Source: Solirubrobacterales bacterium
Lineage (GTDB): Bacteria > Actinomycetota > Thermoleophilia > Solirubrobacterales > Solirubrobacteraceae
Assembly (NCBI GenBank): GCA_019247075.1
Contig: JAFAPR010000008.1
Span: 3,074 to 67,073, forward strand
Length of the DNA: 64,000 bases
Direction of reading: 5' to 3'
Part shown: positions 39,175-48,662 of the stretch, one piece after another
Numbering within the stretch: position 1 is the first letter of the stretch
How the letters are laid out: the number at the start of each line of letters is the position of its first letter
The notes under the pieces: generated by a model
Database searches by the model: none
Told to the model about the DNA's origin: nothing
The model's input: only the letters and a program-made list of their open reading frames with translations
Program-made: the position numbers and the translations under genes

Positions 39175-40284
39175 TCATCGATCGCCGGCTTCCCGGCAAG
39201 GACTTATCGCACCGGCGAGCAGCGCCGGTCCCAGAGCGCTCCATGCGTCGCCGTAATAGGTCGGGGAGCGCAGCGCAAGCGACCGGGCCTGGCGCCGTAG
39301 CGCGCGGGCCGCGTGCCCATCGCCGGCGGCGGTGGCCGCGGCGGCGCCGGCCAGCAGCGTCAGCGGGGAGCTTGAGGCGTCGATCGTGGCGCCGGTCAGA
39401 GTGAGCGCCGTGTGGGCGGAGCGACCGCCGGATCCGAGCACGTTTCGCCACCAGTCGGCGGCGAGCCTGCGCGCGCTGCGGTCGCACGCGGTCGCGAACC
39501 AGATCGGGACGCGCGCGGCGTCGAGACCGTACTGGATGCCTGCCCCCCCGCCCGGTTGCGGGATCGGGACCAGCTGACCGCCTGACAGCGCGGACCAGTC
39601 GGACGGCAGGCGCCCGCCGTTGTCGGTCAGGCGCCGGATCAGTTGAACGGACGCGGTGGCCGCGCCCTTCCACCGCTCGTCGCCGGTGAAGCGGGCGAGA
39701 GCATCGAACACGCCCGGCATCAGGTACGAGGGGTCAACGGTCGGGGCGGGCTTGGATTTGGCCCATGGCCCGGCCACCAATACAGGCGAGCCGTCAGCCA
39801 GGGTCACGGACTCGTTGGCGATCACCGCCTTGGCCACCCGCCGCCCCGCGCCGTGTAGGGCCGCCTGGCGGGGGCCGGTGTAGCGCAGGAGGGCATACGC
39901 GATGAGGACGTCGGCGTCGGTCGCGGACTGTGGGTCTTCGATCTGCCCGCTGCCTGTGGCGTGCCACGCGAACAGGCCATCCGGTCGCTGGAGATGGGCG
40001 GCCGTCCATGACCATATGGTCCGTACGAGGGCCTGCTGATCGGCGGCCTCGGCGATCAGCATCGCGTACGCCTGCCCTTCGCTGACAATGTCGCCGCCTT
40101 GGTCGTGCCGGATGACGCGGCCGTCGGTCGTTACGTAGCGCGCGAGGAAGCGCGTGGCCGCGGTCGTCGGGGACTGGGCCGGCGCCCTCGCGCTGGGATG
40201 ACCCGCCTGACGGTCGGTGGTGCCGCAGCCAGGCACGCTCATCGAGAGCGCGAGCACGAGAAGAACCATCCGGCTGATCCGCAC
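39175..40284 (-). CDS. Glycoside hydrolase family 8, probable lipoprotein
   Basis: Signal ending VPGC; VSEGQAYAM, ATDAD, DPSY, YGLDAARVP, TYY. Confidence 0.88.
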   Translation of the reverse strand: MRISRMVLLVLALSMSVPGCGTTDRQAGHPSARAPAQSPTTAATRFLARYVTTDGRVIRHDQGGDIVSEGQAYAMLIAEAADQQALVRTIWSWTAAHLQRPDGLFAWHATGSGQIEDPQSATDADVLIAYALLRYTGPRQAALHGAGRRVAKAVIANESVTLADGSPVLVAGPWAKSKPAPTVDPSYLMPGVFDALARFTGDERWKGAATASVQLIRRLTDNGGRLPSDWSALSGGQLVPIPQPGGGAGIQYGLDAARVPIWFATACDRSARRLAADWWRNVLGSGGRSAHTALTLTGATIDASSSPLTLLAGAAAATAAGDGHAARALRRQARSLALRSPTYYGDAWSALGPALLAGAISPCREAGDR

Positions 40285-40288
40285 GTCA

Positions 40289-42616
40289 CTACGGTGTCGT
40301 GTTCGTGGGGCTACCGCGCGGGCCGGTGGGAGTGGTGGTCGTGGGCGTCGTAGGAGTAGTCGGGGTTGTGGACGTCGTTGGGGTGGTCGGCGTGGTGGGG
40401 GTGGTGGGCGTGGTGGGGGTGGTGGGCGTCGTCGGGGTGGTGGGCGTTGTGCTTTGCGGCGGGGTCCGCGAAGGCGTCGTTGACTGCTTGGGTGTGGTCT
40501 TCGTAGTCGACGGGCGCACGGGGGCGTGGTGGCGAGAGGACGTGCTCTTTGAGCTTGAGGATCGTGCTTGGTCTGACGAGTGGACAGGGCCGTAGTGAGC
40601 GGGCCTGCCCTTTGCCGGTCCCACGATCTGTGGCGGCACGACAGCCACGGGGGCCGGTGCCAGCAGCGCCACGGTGACGGCCGCCGTCCCTCCAGCGAAG
40701 CCCAGACCGCCGACAGCGTAGGTGAGCCTGCGCCCGCCGGACCGCAGGTACTCCGTACGCCGTCGCTCTCTCAGCGCCGGCGGCAGAGAGGCAAGCTGAG
40801 CGCTCAGGCTGTTGTAAGGCGCGGCCAGGAAGCTCGTGGTCGGCCAGAGCAGCAGCACTGCGAGCAGGGGCCCTCCGTAGCCGGAGCCCGCAGTCAGCGC
40901 ACCGATGATTCCGGCTAGGCCGACTAGGCCGAAGAGGCACTCGGCCCAGTTTCCCTTCAGCGCGTCGGTCCACGCGTTCTCGCCCAGGGTCTTTGGCGTC
41001 CGGAGGAACGCCGCCTCCTTGGCGAACAGGGCCTGAACGGAGGCACGCGCGACCGTAAGGCTCGTCGACTGCCAGATGAAGAAGGCCCCGAAGGCCTCGC
41101 GCCACGAGGCCCCCGTTCCTCGGCGCAAGAGGGCTACCGCACGCACCAGGCCCAGCCCGACGAGCAGCGGGATCGCCAGTAGCAGAAAGCCCGTGAGCTT
41201 GCGGTACAAGAGGCCACCGCTGAAGACCATGTTGCCCGCTCCGACCAGCAGGAAGACGAAGAACACCAGCGCGAGCAGGTCGCCGTACCACTGGATCGCG
41301 CCCGTCAGATAGGCCCAGCGCTGCGCCGCGCTGAGGTGGTTCTCCTCGGTGTCAGGCCCGGGCAGCATCGAGCGCCAGTGGTGGCGGAGGATCTGGATGC
41401 CGCCGAAGCACCAGCGAAAGCGCTGGCCCTTCAGCGCCTCAAACGTGAGCGGCATGATGCCCTTGCCGAACGAGCGGTCTACGTGCAAACCCGACCAGCC
41501 GGCTCGCAGCAGACGCAGCGACAGCTCAGCGTCCTCGGTGATGCACCACTCATCCCAGCCGCCCACGGCCTCGAGCGCGCGGCGGCGGATCAGCCCCATC
41601 GTGCCTGCGAAGATGGCACCGTCGCGCTCGTTGCGGGACGGCTGGGAGACCGCAAAGAAGTACTGGTAGGAGTAGTACAGGCGCCTGAGGTACGGGGCGC
41701 TCTCCCACTCCCGGTAGTCCTGGGGGGCCTGGATGAACCCGACTCGCGGATCGATGAACAGCGGCGCGCAACGCCGCAGAAACTGGCGATCGATCTGGTA
41801 GTCGGAGTCGACGACCCCGATCAGCTCGCACGAGTCGTCGACCATGTGCCTCAGGGCATAGTTGAGCGCGCCCGACTTGTAACCGGGCCAATCGCGCAGA
41901 TGCACGAACTTCACCCCGTGCTCTCGGCACCAGGCCTCCACGGGCCGCCAGAGCGTCTCGTCGTCGGTGTTGTCGTCGATCACCTGGACCTCGTAGTTCG
42001 GGTAGTCGAGCGACTGCAGCGACTTCAGCGTCTCGATGACCATGTCCGGCGGCTCGTTGTAACAGGGCACTTGTAGACAGACGGACGGGTAGGGGCCGTC
42101 GGGCATGTCCCTGAGCTCTTGCGTCCCGATCCGGCGCACCCAGCTCGCCCGGCCGAGCGTGTCGCACAGCTCCCACAGATATGCGCATCCCAAAAACGCC
42201 GCGACTACCTCGAGCGCCCACAGCACCAGCCCACCGACTGTCCCCGCGACGCCGAGATTGCTGGCGAACGTCCACCAGAGCATGAACGCGAGGTAGACGG
42301 CGAACAGGTAGGTCGTCGCCGCCCAGCAGAGATGGGCGCGTGCGCCCCATCGGCGGGTGATGGGCAGCCACAGCACGCTAGCGAGCGCAAGCCCCACTGC
42401 AACTGCCACGAGATTGCCGGAGGTAACCCCGATCAGCGCGAGAGTTCCGACCACGACGGCGATCAGCACTACCGTCGAGGCAACAGCCAGGGTCAGCCGA
42501 CCGATCCACCTCCAGACCTCCTCCACGCACCGGGTGTGCCCGGTCGCGGGCAGGAACAGCGTGGCCGTCGTAATCGGCGCCGCAAACAACCCGGCTAAAA
42601 GAAGAGCAGAAAGCAT
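40289..42616 (-). CDS. Processive GT2 beta-glucan synthase (NdvB/BcsA-like) with Pro/Thr-rich C-tail
   Basis: PCYNEPP, DDNT, KSGALN, DSDY, QAPQDY, ITEDAE, QRFRW, FLRTPK; multiple TM segments. Confidence 0.9.
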   Translation of the reverse strand: MLSALLLAGLFAAPITTATLFLPATGHTRCVEEVWRWIGRLTLAVASTVVLIAVVVGTLALIGVTSGNLVAVAVGLALASVLWLPITRRWGARAHLCWAATTYLFAVYLAFMLWWTFASNLGVAGTVGGLVLWALEVVAAFLGCAYLWELCDTLGRASWVRRIGTQELRDMPDGPYPSVCLQVPCYNEPPDMVIETLKSLQSLDYPNYEVQVIDDNTDDETLWRPVEAWCREHGVKFVHLRDWPGYKSGALNYALRHMVDDSCELIGVVDSDYQIDRQFLRRCAPLFIDPRVGFIQAPQDYREWESAPYLRRLYYSYQYFFAVSQPSRNERDGAIFAGTMGLIRRRALEAVGGWDEWCITEDAELSLRLLRAGWSGLHVDRSFGKGIMPLTFEALKGQRFRWCFGGIQILRHHWRSMLPGPDTEENHLSAAQRWAYLTGAIQWYGDLLALVFFVFLLVGAGNMVFSGGLLYRKLTGFLLLAIPLLVGLGLVRAVALLRRGTGASWREAFGAFFIWQSTSLTVARASVQALFAKEAAFLRTPKTLGENAWTDALKGNWAECLFGLVGLAGIIGALTAGSGYGGPLLAVLLLWPTTSFLAAPYNSLSAQLASLPPALRERRRTEYLRSGGRRLTYAVGGLGFAGGTAAVTVALLAPAPVAVVPPQIVGPAKGRPAHYGPVHSSDQARSSSSKSTSSRHHAPVRPSTTKTTPKQSTTPSRTPPQSTTPTTPTTPTTPTTPTTPTTPTTPTTSTTPTTPTTPTTTTPTGPRGSPTNTTP
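40325..40450 (-). repeat. 9-bp degenerate repeat encoding (Thr-Thr-Pro)n, about a dozen units
   Basis: TTPTTPTTP... in the GT2 tail; third codon positions vary. Confidence 0.85.
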
Positions 42617-42746
42617 GGCTAATGGGCGCGCACCGCCCCCGGTTCTAGCCGCGCCACGTAAGTCGCTACCCAGGGCACGCGACGGCTACACCCCAAATCC
42701 GAATCAGAGGCCCGGCGACTGACGTTCGTGCGGCGCCTGCGGCGCC

Positions 42747-43862
42747 TCAGCCCACTCGCAGCTGCATTTCGTCGCGAACGCGGGTGGCGACCCCGTCGGC
42801 CAGCAGTTGGCCGGCCGACGTCGACAGGAGCGTGTCAAGTGGCACATCCTCCTGACGGACCATGCCCGCTTCAGGCATGGCCCCTCGCGCGAGCAGCTCG
42901 ACCATCGCGACCGCACCCGCCGCGGTCGTCCAGGCGATCGCCGTGCGGACCTCACCGGCGATCGTTCTTGGACCGTACAGGCGAACGAGCTCCTCGCGTG
43001 CTCGCTGCCCGGCTCGAGTTCCCTCGGCTGTCGCGTAGAGGACGACCAGGTCGTCTCGCACGGGCGGGTAGGCCTCCGCGAGCAGGTTCTGCAGGACGCC
43101 GCGTTTGGAAGCCAACCGGAGCTCGTGCAGCAGGAAGCGCATGAGCTCGCAATGTCCGGGGTAGCGGATCGTCTTGTAATCGAGCCGATCGACGCGGTCG
43201 GCAAATGTCTCGCACATGGTCCCCAGTCCACCCGAGGTCGTGAAAGCCTCGTACTGCGTTCCCTCGATGGTGATCGTCTCGAGCTCGCCGAGCGGCGGAA
43301 CCATCACCCTGACACCCTCGTGCAGCTGTTCACAATCGTTCAGATACTCGTTCACGACACCGGCGGGGGACCAGTTGAACGCGTAGCCCAGGGCAGTGTT
43401 CCGGCTACGGGGTAGCGCGCCGACCCGCAGCGCGATCGCGTCGACCGTGTCAAGTCTTGCCGCCAGGCTCGAGCCGACCACGCAGATGAAGCCGGGCGCT
43501 AGCCCGCAATGCGGCATCAACACGCTCGTGGAGCTCTCTGCCAGCTTCCGCAGACGACTGGACGTGTCGACGTCCTCGGTGAGGTCGAGGTAGTGGACGC
43601 CGGCCGCTTGCGCCGCGGTTGCGACGCGCGTCATCAGGTGGTAGGGAAGGCACGAGACGACGGCGTCCGCGCGGCCGAACAGATCGGCGAGGGCCGCTGA
43701 ATTGGTGACGTCCAAGATCGTGACGTGCTCGTCGACCGCTTTGGCGCGGTCCGCATCGGCGCCGAGGATCTCGAAGCCGCGTTCCTGCAGCATGTCCGCG
43801 ATAAGCCCACCGACGTTGCCCAGTCCGAGCACCGCTATTCGCTCAACGCGTAGATCAGTCAT
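42747..43862 (-). CDS. Saccharopine dehydrogenase family, likely lysine 6-dehydrogenase
   Basis: GLGNVG, HYLDLTEDV, CGLAPG, RVGALP, WS..G..NEY, EAFTTSGG, YKTIRYPGH. Confidence 0.85.
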   Translation of the reverse strand: MTDLRVERIAVLGLGNVGGLIADMLQERGFEILGADADRAKAVDEHVTILDVTNSAALADLFGRADAVVSCLPYHLMTRVATAAQAAGVHYLDLTEDVDTSSRLRKLAESSTSVLMPHCGLAPGFICVVGSSLAARLDTVDAIALRVGALPRSRNTALGYAFNWSPAGVVNEYLNDCEQLHEGVRVMVPPLGELETITIEGTQYEAFTTSGGLGTMCETFADRVDRLDYKTIRYPGHCELMRFLLHELRLASKRGVLQNLLAEAYPPVRDDLVVLYATAEGTRAGQRAREELVRLYGPRTIAGEVRTAIAWTTAAGAVAMVELLARGAMPEAGMVRQEDVPLDTLLSTSAGQLLADGVATRVRDEMQLRVG

Positions 43863-43886
43863 GGCTCTCCCGGTGCGCCCACTCGG

Positions 43887-45065
43887 TCATCTGAACGCGT
43901 CGATGCCGGTCAGCGCGCCGCCCACGACGAGCGCATGGATGTCGGCTGTGCCCTCGTAGGTCACAACCGATTCGAGGTTGTTCATGTGCCGGATCACCGG
44001 GTACTCGAGCGTGATCCCGTTCCCGCCCAGCACCTGCCGCGCGGTGCGGGCCACGTCCAGCGCCGCATTGACGTTCGCGAGCTTGCCCATGCTCACCTGT
44101 TCGGGGCGCAGTCGGCCATCGTCCTTCATACGCCCCAGGTGCAACGCCAAAAGACTGGCCCGTCCGACCTCCAGCGCCATCTCCGCGAGCTTCTGCTGCT
44201 GGAGCTGAAAGGAGGCGATGGGCCGACCGAACTGCCTGCGCTCGAGGCTGTAGTCCAGCGCCGCTTCGAAGCACGCACGTGCGGCGCCGACCGCGCCCCA
44301 CACGATCCCGTAGCGGGCCTCGTTCAGGCAGGAGAGCGCACCGCGCAGCGATGTCGCCTCGGGCAGGACGGCATCGCCCGGCAGGCGCACGTCGTCCAGC
44401 AGTAGCTCGGAGCTCACGGAGGCCCGCAGCGATAGCTTGCGGTGGATGTCCTGAGTCGAAAACCCGGCGGTTCCGCGCGGCACGAGGAACCCCCGGACCC
44501 CGTCGTCGGTCCGGGCCCAGACGACCGCGAGGTCGGCAACCGAGCCATTCGTGATCCACATCTTCTGGCCGTGAAGGACCCAGTCCGAGCCATCGCGACG
44601 CGCACGGGTACGCATCGAACCGGGATCCGAGCCCGCGTCCGGCTCGGTCAGGCCGAAGCAACCGATCGCCTCGCCGGCCGCCATGCGGGGGATCCAATGC
44701 TGCTTCTGCTCCTCGGAACCCCACCGGTGGATCGCGTACATCGCGAGCGACCCCTGCACCGAGACCAGGCTGCGCACGCCGCTGTCGCCCGCCTCGAGCT
44801 CCATGCACGTCAGCCCGTAGGCGGTGGCGCTCGCGCCGGCACACCCGTAGCCGTGCAGGTGCATCCCGAGCAGGCCGAGCTTCCCGAGCTCGTGCGCCAG
44901 CTCGATCGGGATCCGCGCCTCCTCGAACCAATCCCCCACGTGCGGCAACACCTGGTCCGTGACGAACGCGCGCACCGTGTCGCGAATATCACGCTCCTCG
45001 TCCGAGAGCAGCGCATCGATATCAAGGAAGTCTTTGGGGCGAAGTTTTGTATCCGCTACAGCCAT
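43887..45065 (-). CDS. gcdH: Glutaryl-CoA dehydrogenase-like acyl-CoA dehydrogenase
   Basis: GCFGLTEPDAGSDPG, KMWITNG, KLSLRAS, LNEARYGI.WG, NLESVVTYEGT. Confidence 0.87.
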   Translation of the reverse strand: MAVADTKLRPKDFLDIDALLSDEERDIRDTVRAFVTDQVLPHVGDWFEEARIPIELAHELGKLGLLGMHLHGYGCAGASATAYGLTCMELEAGDSGVRSLVSVQGSLAMYAIHRWGSEEQKQHWIPRMAAGEAIGCFGLTEPDAGSDPGSMRTRARRDGSDWVLHGQKMWITNGSVADLAVVWARTDDGVRGFLVPRGTAGFSTQDIHRKLSLRASVSSELLLDDVRLPGDAVLPEATSLRGALSCLNEARYGIVWGAVGAARACFEAALDYSLERRQFGRPIASFQLQQQKLAEMALEVGRASLLALHLGRMKDDGRLRPEQVSMGKLANVNAALDVARTARQVLGGNGITLEYPVIRHMNNLESVVTYEGTADIHALVVGGALTGIDAFR

Positions 45066-45129
45066 CTCCGCACTTTGACCCTAGATGCCCGAAGACCTGG
45101 ACTGCCAAGCGAGAATACGCAACAAGGCT

Positions 45130-46257
45130 TCAATTGCCGCCATAAGCAGGCATCGATGGAGGAGCCGCCCGGTAGGCGGGCGGGGTGGCGGAGAGGCCGA
45201 TCGGGTTGCGCGTCAGCCGAACCGGGTCACCGGCCTCGCGCGGCGGGAGCTCCACCACCGGGTCGAGGCCGAGCGACTCGGCCAGCGCGAACGCGCCGGC
45301 GATGTCATTCACGACGCCGGCTGGGACGCGGGCCGCATTGAGCTCCTCTGCCCAGGCGGGCGCAGAACGGCAGGAGAGAGCCCGCTCGAGCTCCGCGCGC
45401 AGCTCGCCTCGGTGTCGCACGCGCGCGGCATTGTCCTGGAACCGCGGGTCGAGCGCCAGGTGGGACAGCTCAAGAACCTTGCAGAGGGATTGGAACTGAC
45501 GGTCGTTGCCAACCGCGACCACCAACTCGCCGTCCGCTGTCTCGAATAGCTCGTAGGGCGCGATGCTGGGATGGGCATTTCCCATCCGTGTCGGGACGAC
45601 ACCCGCGATCGTGTAGGCGGAGCCCTGGTTGACGAGCGCCGCCAGCAGTGAGGAGAGGAGGTCGATCTCGACCCGCTGGCCTTGCCCCGTACGGTCGCGG
45701 TGGCGTAGGGCAGCCAGAACCCCGACGGTCGCGAACAGCCCCGCCAGCACGTCCACGAGCGCGACACCGACCTTCTGCGGCTCGTCGTCGGCTGGACCGG
45801 TGATGCTCATCAGCCCCCCGAGCGCTTGCACGAGCAGGTCGTAACCGGGGAGGTTCGCCCCGGCGCCGCGACCGAACCCCGTGATCGAGCAATAGATGAT
45901 CGTGGGGTTCTCGCATCGCAGATCCTCGTAGCCGAGACCGAGACCGTCGAGGAAGCCGGGACGGAAGTTTTCGACGACGACATCGCTCTCATTCGCCAGC
46001 TCGCGCAGGCGTGCGACATCGGCCGGGCTGTGAAGGTCAATGGCAACGCTGCGTTTGTTGCGGTTCACGGCCTGGAAGTAGGTGGCGTGCCCGCGAGAGT
46101 CGTATGGCGGTCCCCAAGCCCGTGTTTCGTCGCCCGTCCCAGGGCGCTCGATCTTCACCACGTCCGCCCCAAGATCGGCCAGCACCATGGTCGCGAAGGG
46201 GCCCGCCAGGACCCGCGAAAAATCGAGGATGGCCAGGTCTCCAAGCGGCGTCGGCAC
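45130..46257 (-). CDS. Class III CoA-transferase (CaiB/BaiF; SUGCT-like)
   Basis: SRVLAGP, LADLGADVVKIE, NRNKRS, ENFRPG, GYD, GVALVD. Confidence 0.9.
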   Translation of the reverse strand: MPTPLGDLAILDFSRVLAGPFATMVLADLGADVVKIERPGTGDETRAWGPPYDSRGHATYFQAVNRNKRSVAIDLHSPADVARLRELANESDVVVENFRPGFLDGLGLGYEDLRCENPTIIYCSITGFGRGAGANLPGYDLLVQALGGLMSITGPADDEPQKVGVALVDVLAGLFATVGVLAALRHRDRTGQGQRVEIDLLSSLLAALVNQGSAYTIAGVVPTRMGNAHPSIAPYELFETADGELVVAVGNDRQFQSLCKVLELSHLALDPRFQDNAARVRHRGELRAELERALSCRSAPAWAEELNAARVPAGVVNDIAGAFALAESLGLDPVVELPPREAGDPVRLTRNPIGLSATPPAYRAAPPSMPAYGGN

Positions 46258-46337
46258 CGGTAGAACCTAGATCTTCGAGAATCTACGATCAAGGCGTGGT
46301 GCGGCTGGACGGCCGCACACCAAGCAGGAGGAAACCA

Positions 46338-47792
46338 ATGGCTGAGACGATCGCCGCGACCGCAGCGGCCAACTTCATCGATGGAGAATTCGCCCCGAGC
46401 AGCAGTGGCCGCACGTATCAGCGCGTCAACCCGTGGCGGCCGAGCGAGCCCGTGGGCGAGTTCCCAAGCTCGACCGCCGAAGACGTGTCCGCCGCGGTTG
46501 CCGCCGCCGAGCGCGCGTTCCCGGACTGGGCTCGGCTGTCCGCGGCCAAGCGCTGCGCGTACCTCGCTGGCGCGGCCGACGCAATCGAGGGGCGCGTCGA
46601 GGAGATCGCCCGGGACATGACGCGCGAGATGGGCAAGCCCATCCGCGAGTCGCGAATGGAGGCGGCGAGGGCCGCCGCGATCTTCCGCTACTTCTCTGGA
46701 GAGGGCTGGCGGGCGCTGGGGCAGGTATACGAGCAGTCGGGGACGGGCGCGGCCGTCTACACGCGGCGCCGCTCGCTCGGGGTGGTCGGTCTGATCACGC
46801 CCTGGAACTTCCCCGCCGCGATCCCCACCTGGAAGGCCGCTCCGGCGCTGGCCTACGGGAACGCCGTGGTCCTCAAGCTCGCCACGGACGCCCCGCTCAC
46901 GGGGCTCCATCTCGCGCGGGCGTTCCAAGAGACTGGGCTCCCGCATGGCGTGCTGAACGTCGTCATCGGAAGCGGCGCGGAGGTCGGCAAGGCGCTTGTC
47001 GTTGGTCCGCGCGTGCGGGCGATCTCCTTCACGGGCTCGGTACCGGTCGGGCACGGCGTGCGCGAGCAGGCCACGCGCGCCGGGAAGAGGGTTCAGCTCG
47101 AGCTGGGCGGTCACAACCCGTTGATCGTGTGCGGCGACGCCGATCCCCAACGCGCGGTCGAGGCAGCCTACGCGGGCGCGTTCTGGTCGGCGGGCCAGAA
47201 GTGCACAGCCACACGCCGGATCTACGTCCATGAAGCCTTGTACGACCGTTTCCGCCAGCTCTTCGCGGAACGGATCGCCTCGGGTCACGTCGGCGACCCG
47301 GCGGATCCCGAGACCGAGGTGGGCCCGATCGTCAACGAGCGCCAGCTCGAGGAGGTGCTCGCCGGGGTGCAGCGGGGACGGAGCGAGGGCGGCACCCTCG
47401 TGGTCGGCGGCGAACGCGCCGACCCGGAGGCCTACCTGATCGCGCCGACAGTGTTCGAGGACGTTTCAGACGAGGCCTTCCTCTCCTGCGAGGAGGTGTT
47501 TGGCCCGGTGACCTCGCTGTATCGCTTCCAAACGCTCGACGAGGCGATTGATCGCGCCAACGCGGTGCGATTCGGACTCTCGGCGTCGATCTTCACCGGC
47601 AGCCTGGAGGCGGCGGAGCGGTTTGTCGACGGAATCGAGGTCGGGATCGTGCACGTCAACTCGCAAACGGCCGGAGCGGACGTGCACGTGCCGTTCGGGG
47701 GGTCGAAGGCGTCCGGTTACGGGCCTCACGAGCAAGGCCGTGCCGCGATCGAGTTCTACACCGAGGAGGTGACCGTCTACCGCGACGTCTGA
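46338..47792 (+). CDS. Aldehyde dehydrogenase (semialdehyde dehydrogenase-like)
   Basis: ITPWNFP, FTGS, LELGGHN, GQKCTA, EEVFGPV, PFGG; AGGAGG RBS. Confidence 0.93.
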   Translation: MAETIAATAAANFIDGEFAPSSSGRTYQRVNPWRPSEPVGEFPSSTAEDVSAAVAAAERAFPDWARLSAAKRCAYLAGAADAIEGRVEEIARDMTREMGKPIRESRMEAARAAAIFRYFSGEGWRALGQVYEQSGTGAAVYTRRRSLGVVGLITPWNFPAAIPTWKAAPALAYGNAVVLKLATDAPLTGLHLARAFQETGLPHGVLNVVIGSGAEVGKALVVGPRVRAISFTGSVPVGHGVREQATRAGKRVQLELGGHNPLIVCGDADPQRAVEAAYAGAFWSAGQKCTATRRIYVHEALYDRFRQLFAERIASGHVGDPADPETEVGPIVNERQLEEVLAGVQRGRSEGGTLVVGGERADPEAYLIAPTVFEDVSDEAFLSCEEVFGPVTSLYRFQTLDEAIDRANAVRFGLSASIFTGSLEAAERFVDGIEVGIVHVNSQTAGADVHVPFGGSKASGYGPHEQGRAAIEFYTEEVTVYRDV

Positions 47793-47874
47793 GGGAAGCC
47801 GTCGGCGCCTTGGGCACAGTGGCGTCTCGCGGGAGGCGACAGTTGTTGATCCACCCGGGCTATCTTTCTGCGCC

Positions 47875-48654
47875 ATGCCGTTCTTCGGTCACAAGACGCG
47901 CCATGAGCGGGAATGGGAGGAGGCCCGGTCCGCGGCGCAGGATGACCTCGTAGCCCTCGGCGAGGACATCCGATCGCTCGACGTCGACATCCAGATGGCC
48001 AATGTCTCGGCTGACGCGAAGCAGCGGTACGAGCAGGCGCTCGAGGCTTACCAGCGGGCAAGCCAGATCTTCGACGAAGCGAAGCGGCCGGAGGATCTCG
48101 CCCCGGTGAGCGAGACGCTCGAGGAAGGGAGGTACGCGATGGCCGCGACGAAGGCGCTGCTGGCCGGCCAGCCGATCCCCGAGCGGCGACCGCCATGCTT
48201 CTTCGACCCCCGTCACGGGCCGTCGACCGAGGACATCGAGTGGGCGCCACCAGGGGGCACGCCGCGGCGGGTTCCCGTGTGTGCGGCTGACGCGATCCGG
48301 GTCAAGGAAGGCTTCGCGCCGCATAGCCGACGCGTCATGGTGAACGGGCGGCCCACTGACTATTGGAACGCGCCCGCCCACTACGGGCCTTGGGCGGGCG
48401 GGTACTTCGGCGGCTTCGGGGGCGGGCTTTTGTCGAGTCTGCTGATGGGCTCGGCTCTGGGTGCCGGCCTCGGGCTTGGCGCTGAGGCGGTGGGAGGGCT
48501 GTTCGGCGGAGACGGCGACGGCGGTTGGGGAGATGGTGGGGATGGGGGAGACGGCGGCGACGGCGGGGACGGCGACGGCGGGTGGGGAGACGGCGGAGAT
48601 GGGGGAGACGGCGGGGACTTCGGCGGCGACGGCGGAGATTTCGGGGGCTTCTAG
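47875..48654 (+). CDS. Conserved actinobacterial hypothetical protein with Gly/Asp-rich tail
   Basis: PCFFDPRHGPS...VPVCAADA; (GDGG)n C-terminus. Confidence 0.8.
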   Translation: MPFFGHKTRHEREWEEARSAAQDDLVALGEDIRSLDVDIQMANVSADAKQRYEQALEAYQRASQIFDEAKRPEDLAPVSETLEEGRYAMAATKALLAGQPIPERRPPCFFDPRHGPSTEDIEWAPPGGTPRRVPVCAADAIRVKEGFAPHSRRVMVNGRPTDYWNAPAHYGPWAGGYFGGFGGGLLSSLLMGSALGAGLGLGAEAVGGLFGGDGDGGWGDGGDGGDGGDGGDGDGGWGDGGDGGDGGDFGGDGGDFGGF

Positions 48655-48662
48655 GGAACCAG

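Noticed and set aside
40325-40450. CRISPR or non-coding repeat array
   Set aside because: Codon-phased 9-bp repeats encoding TTP within a CDS; no spacers or cas genes.
48503-48651. Repeat array or collagen-like gene
   Set aside because: Low-complexity Gly/Asp tail of a coding gene.
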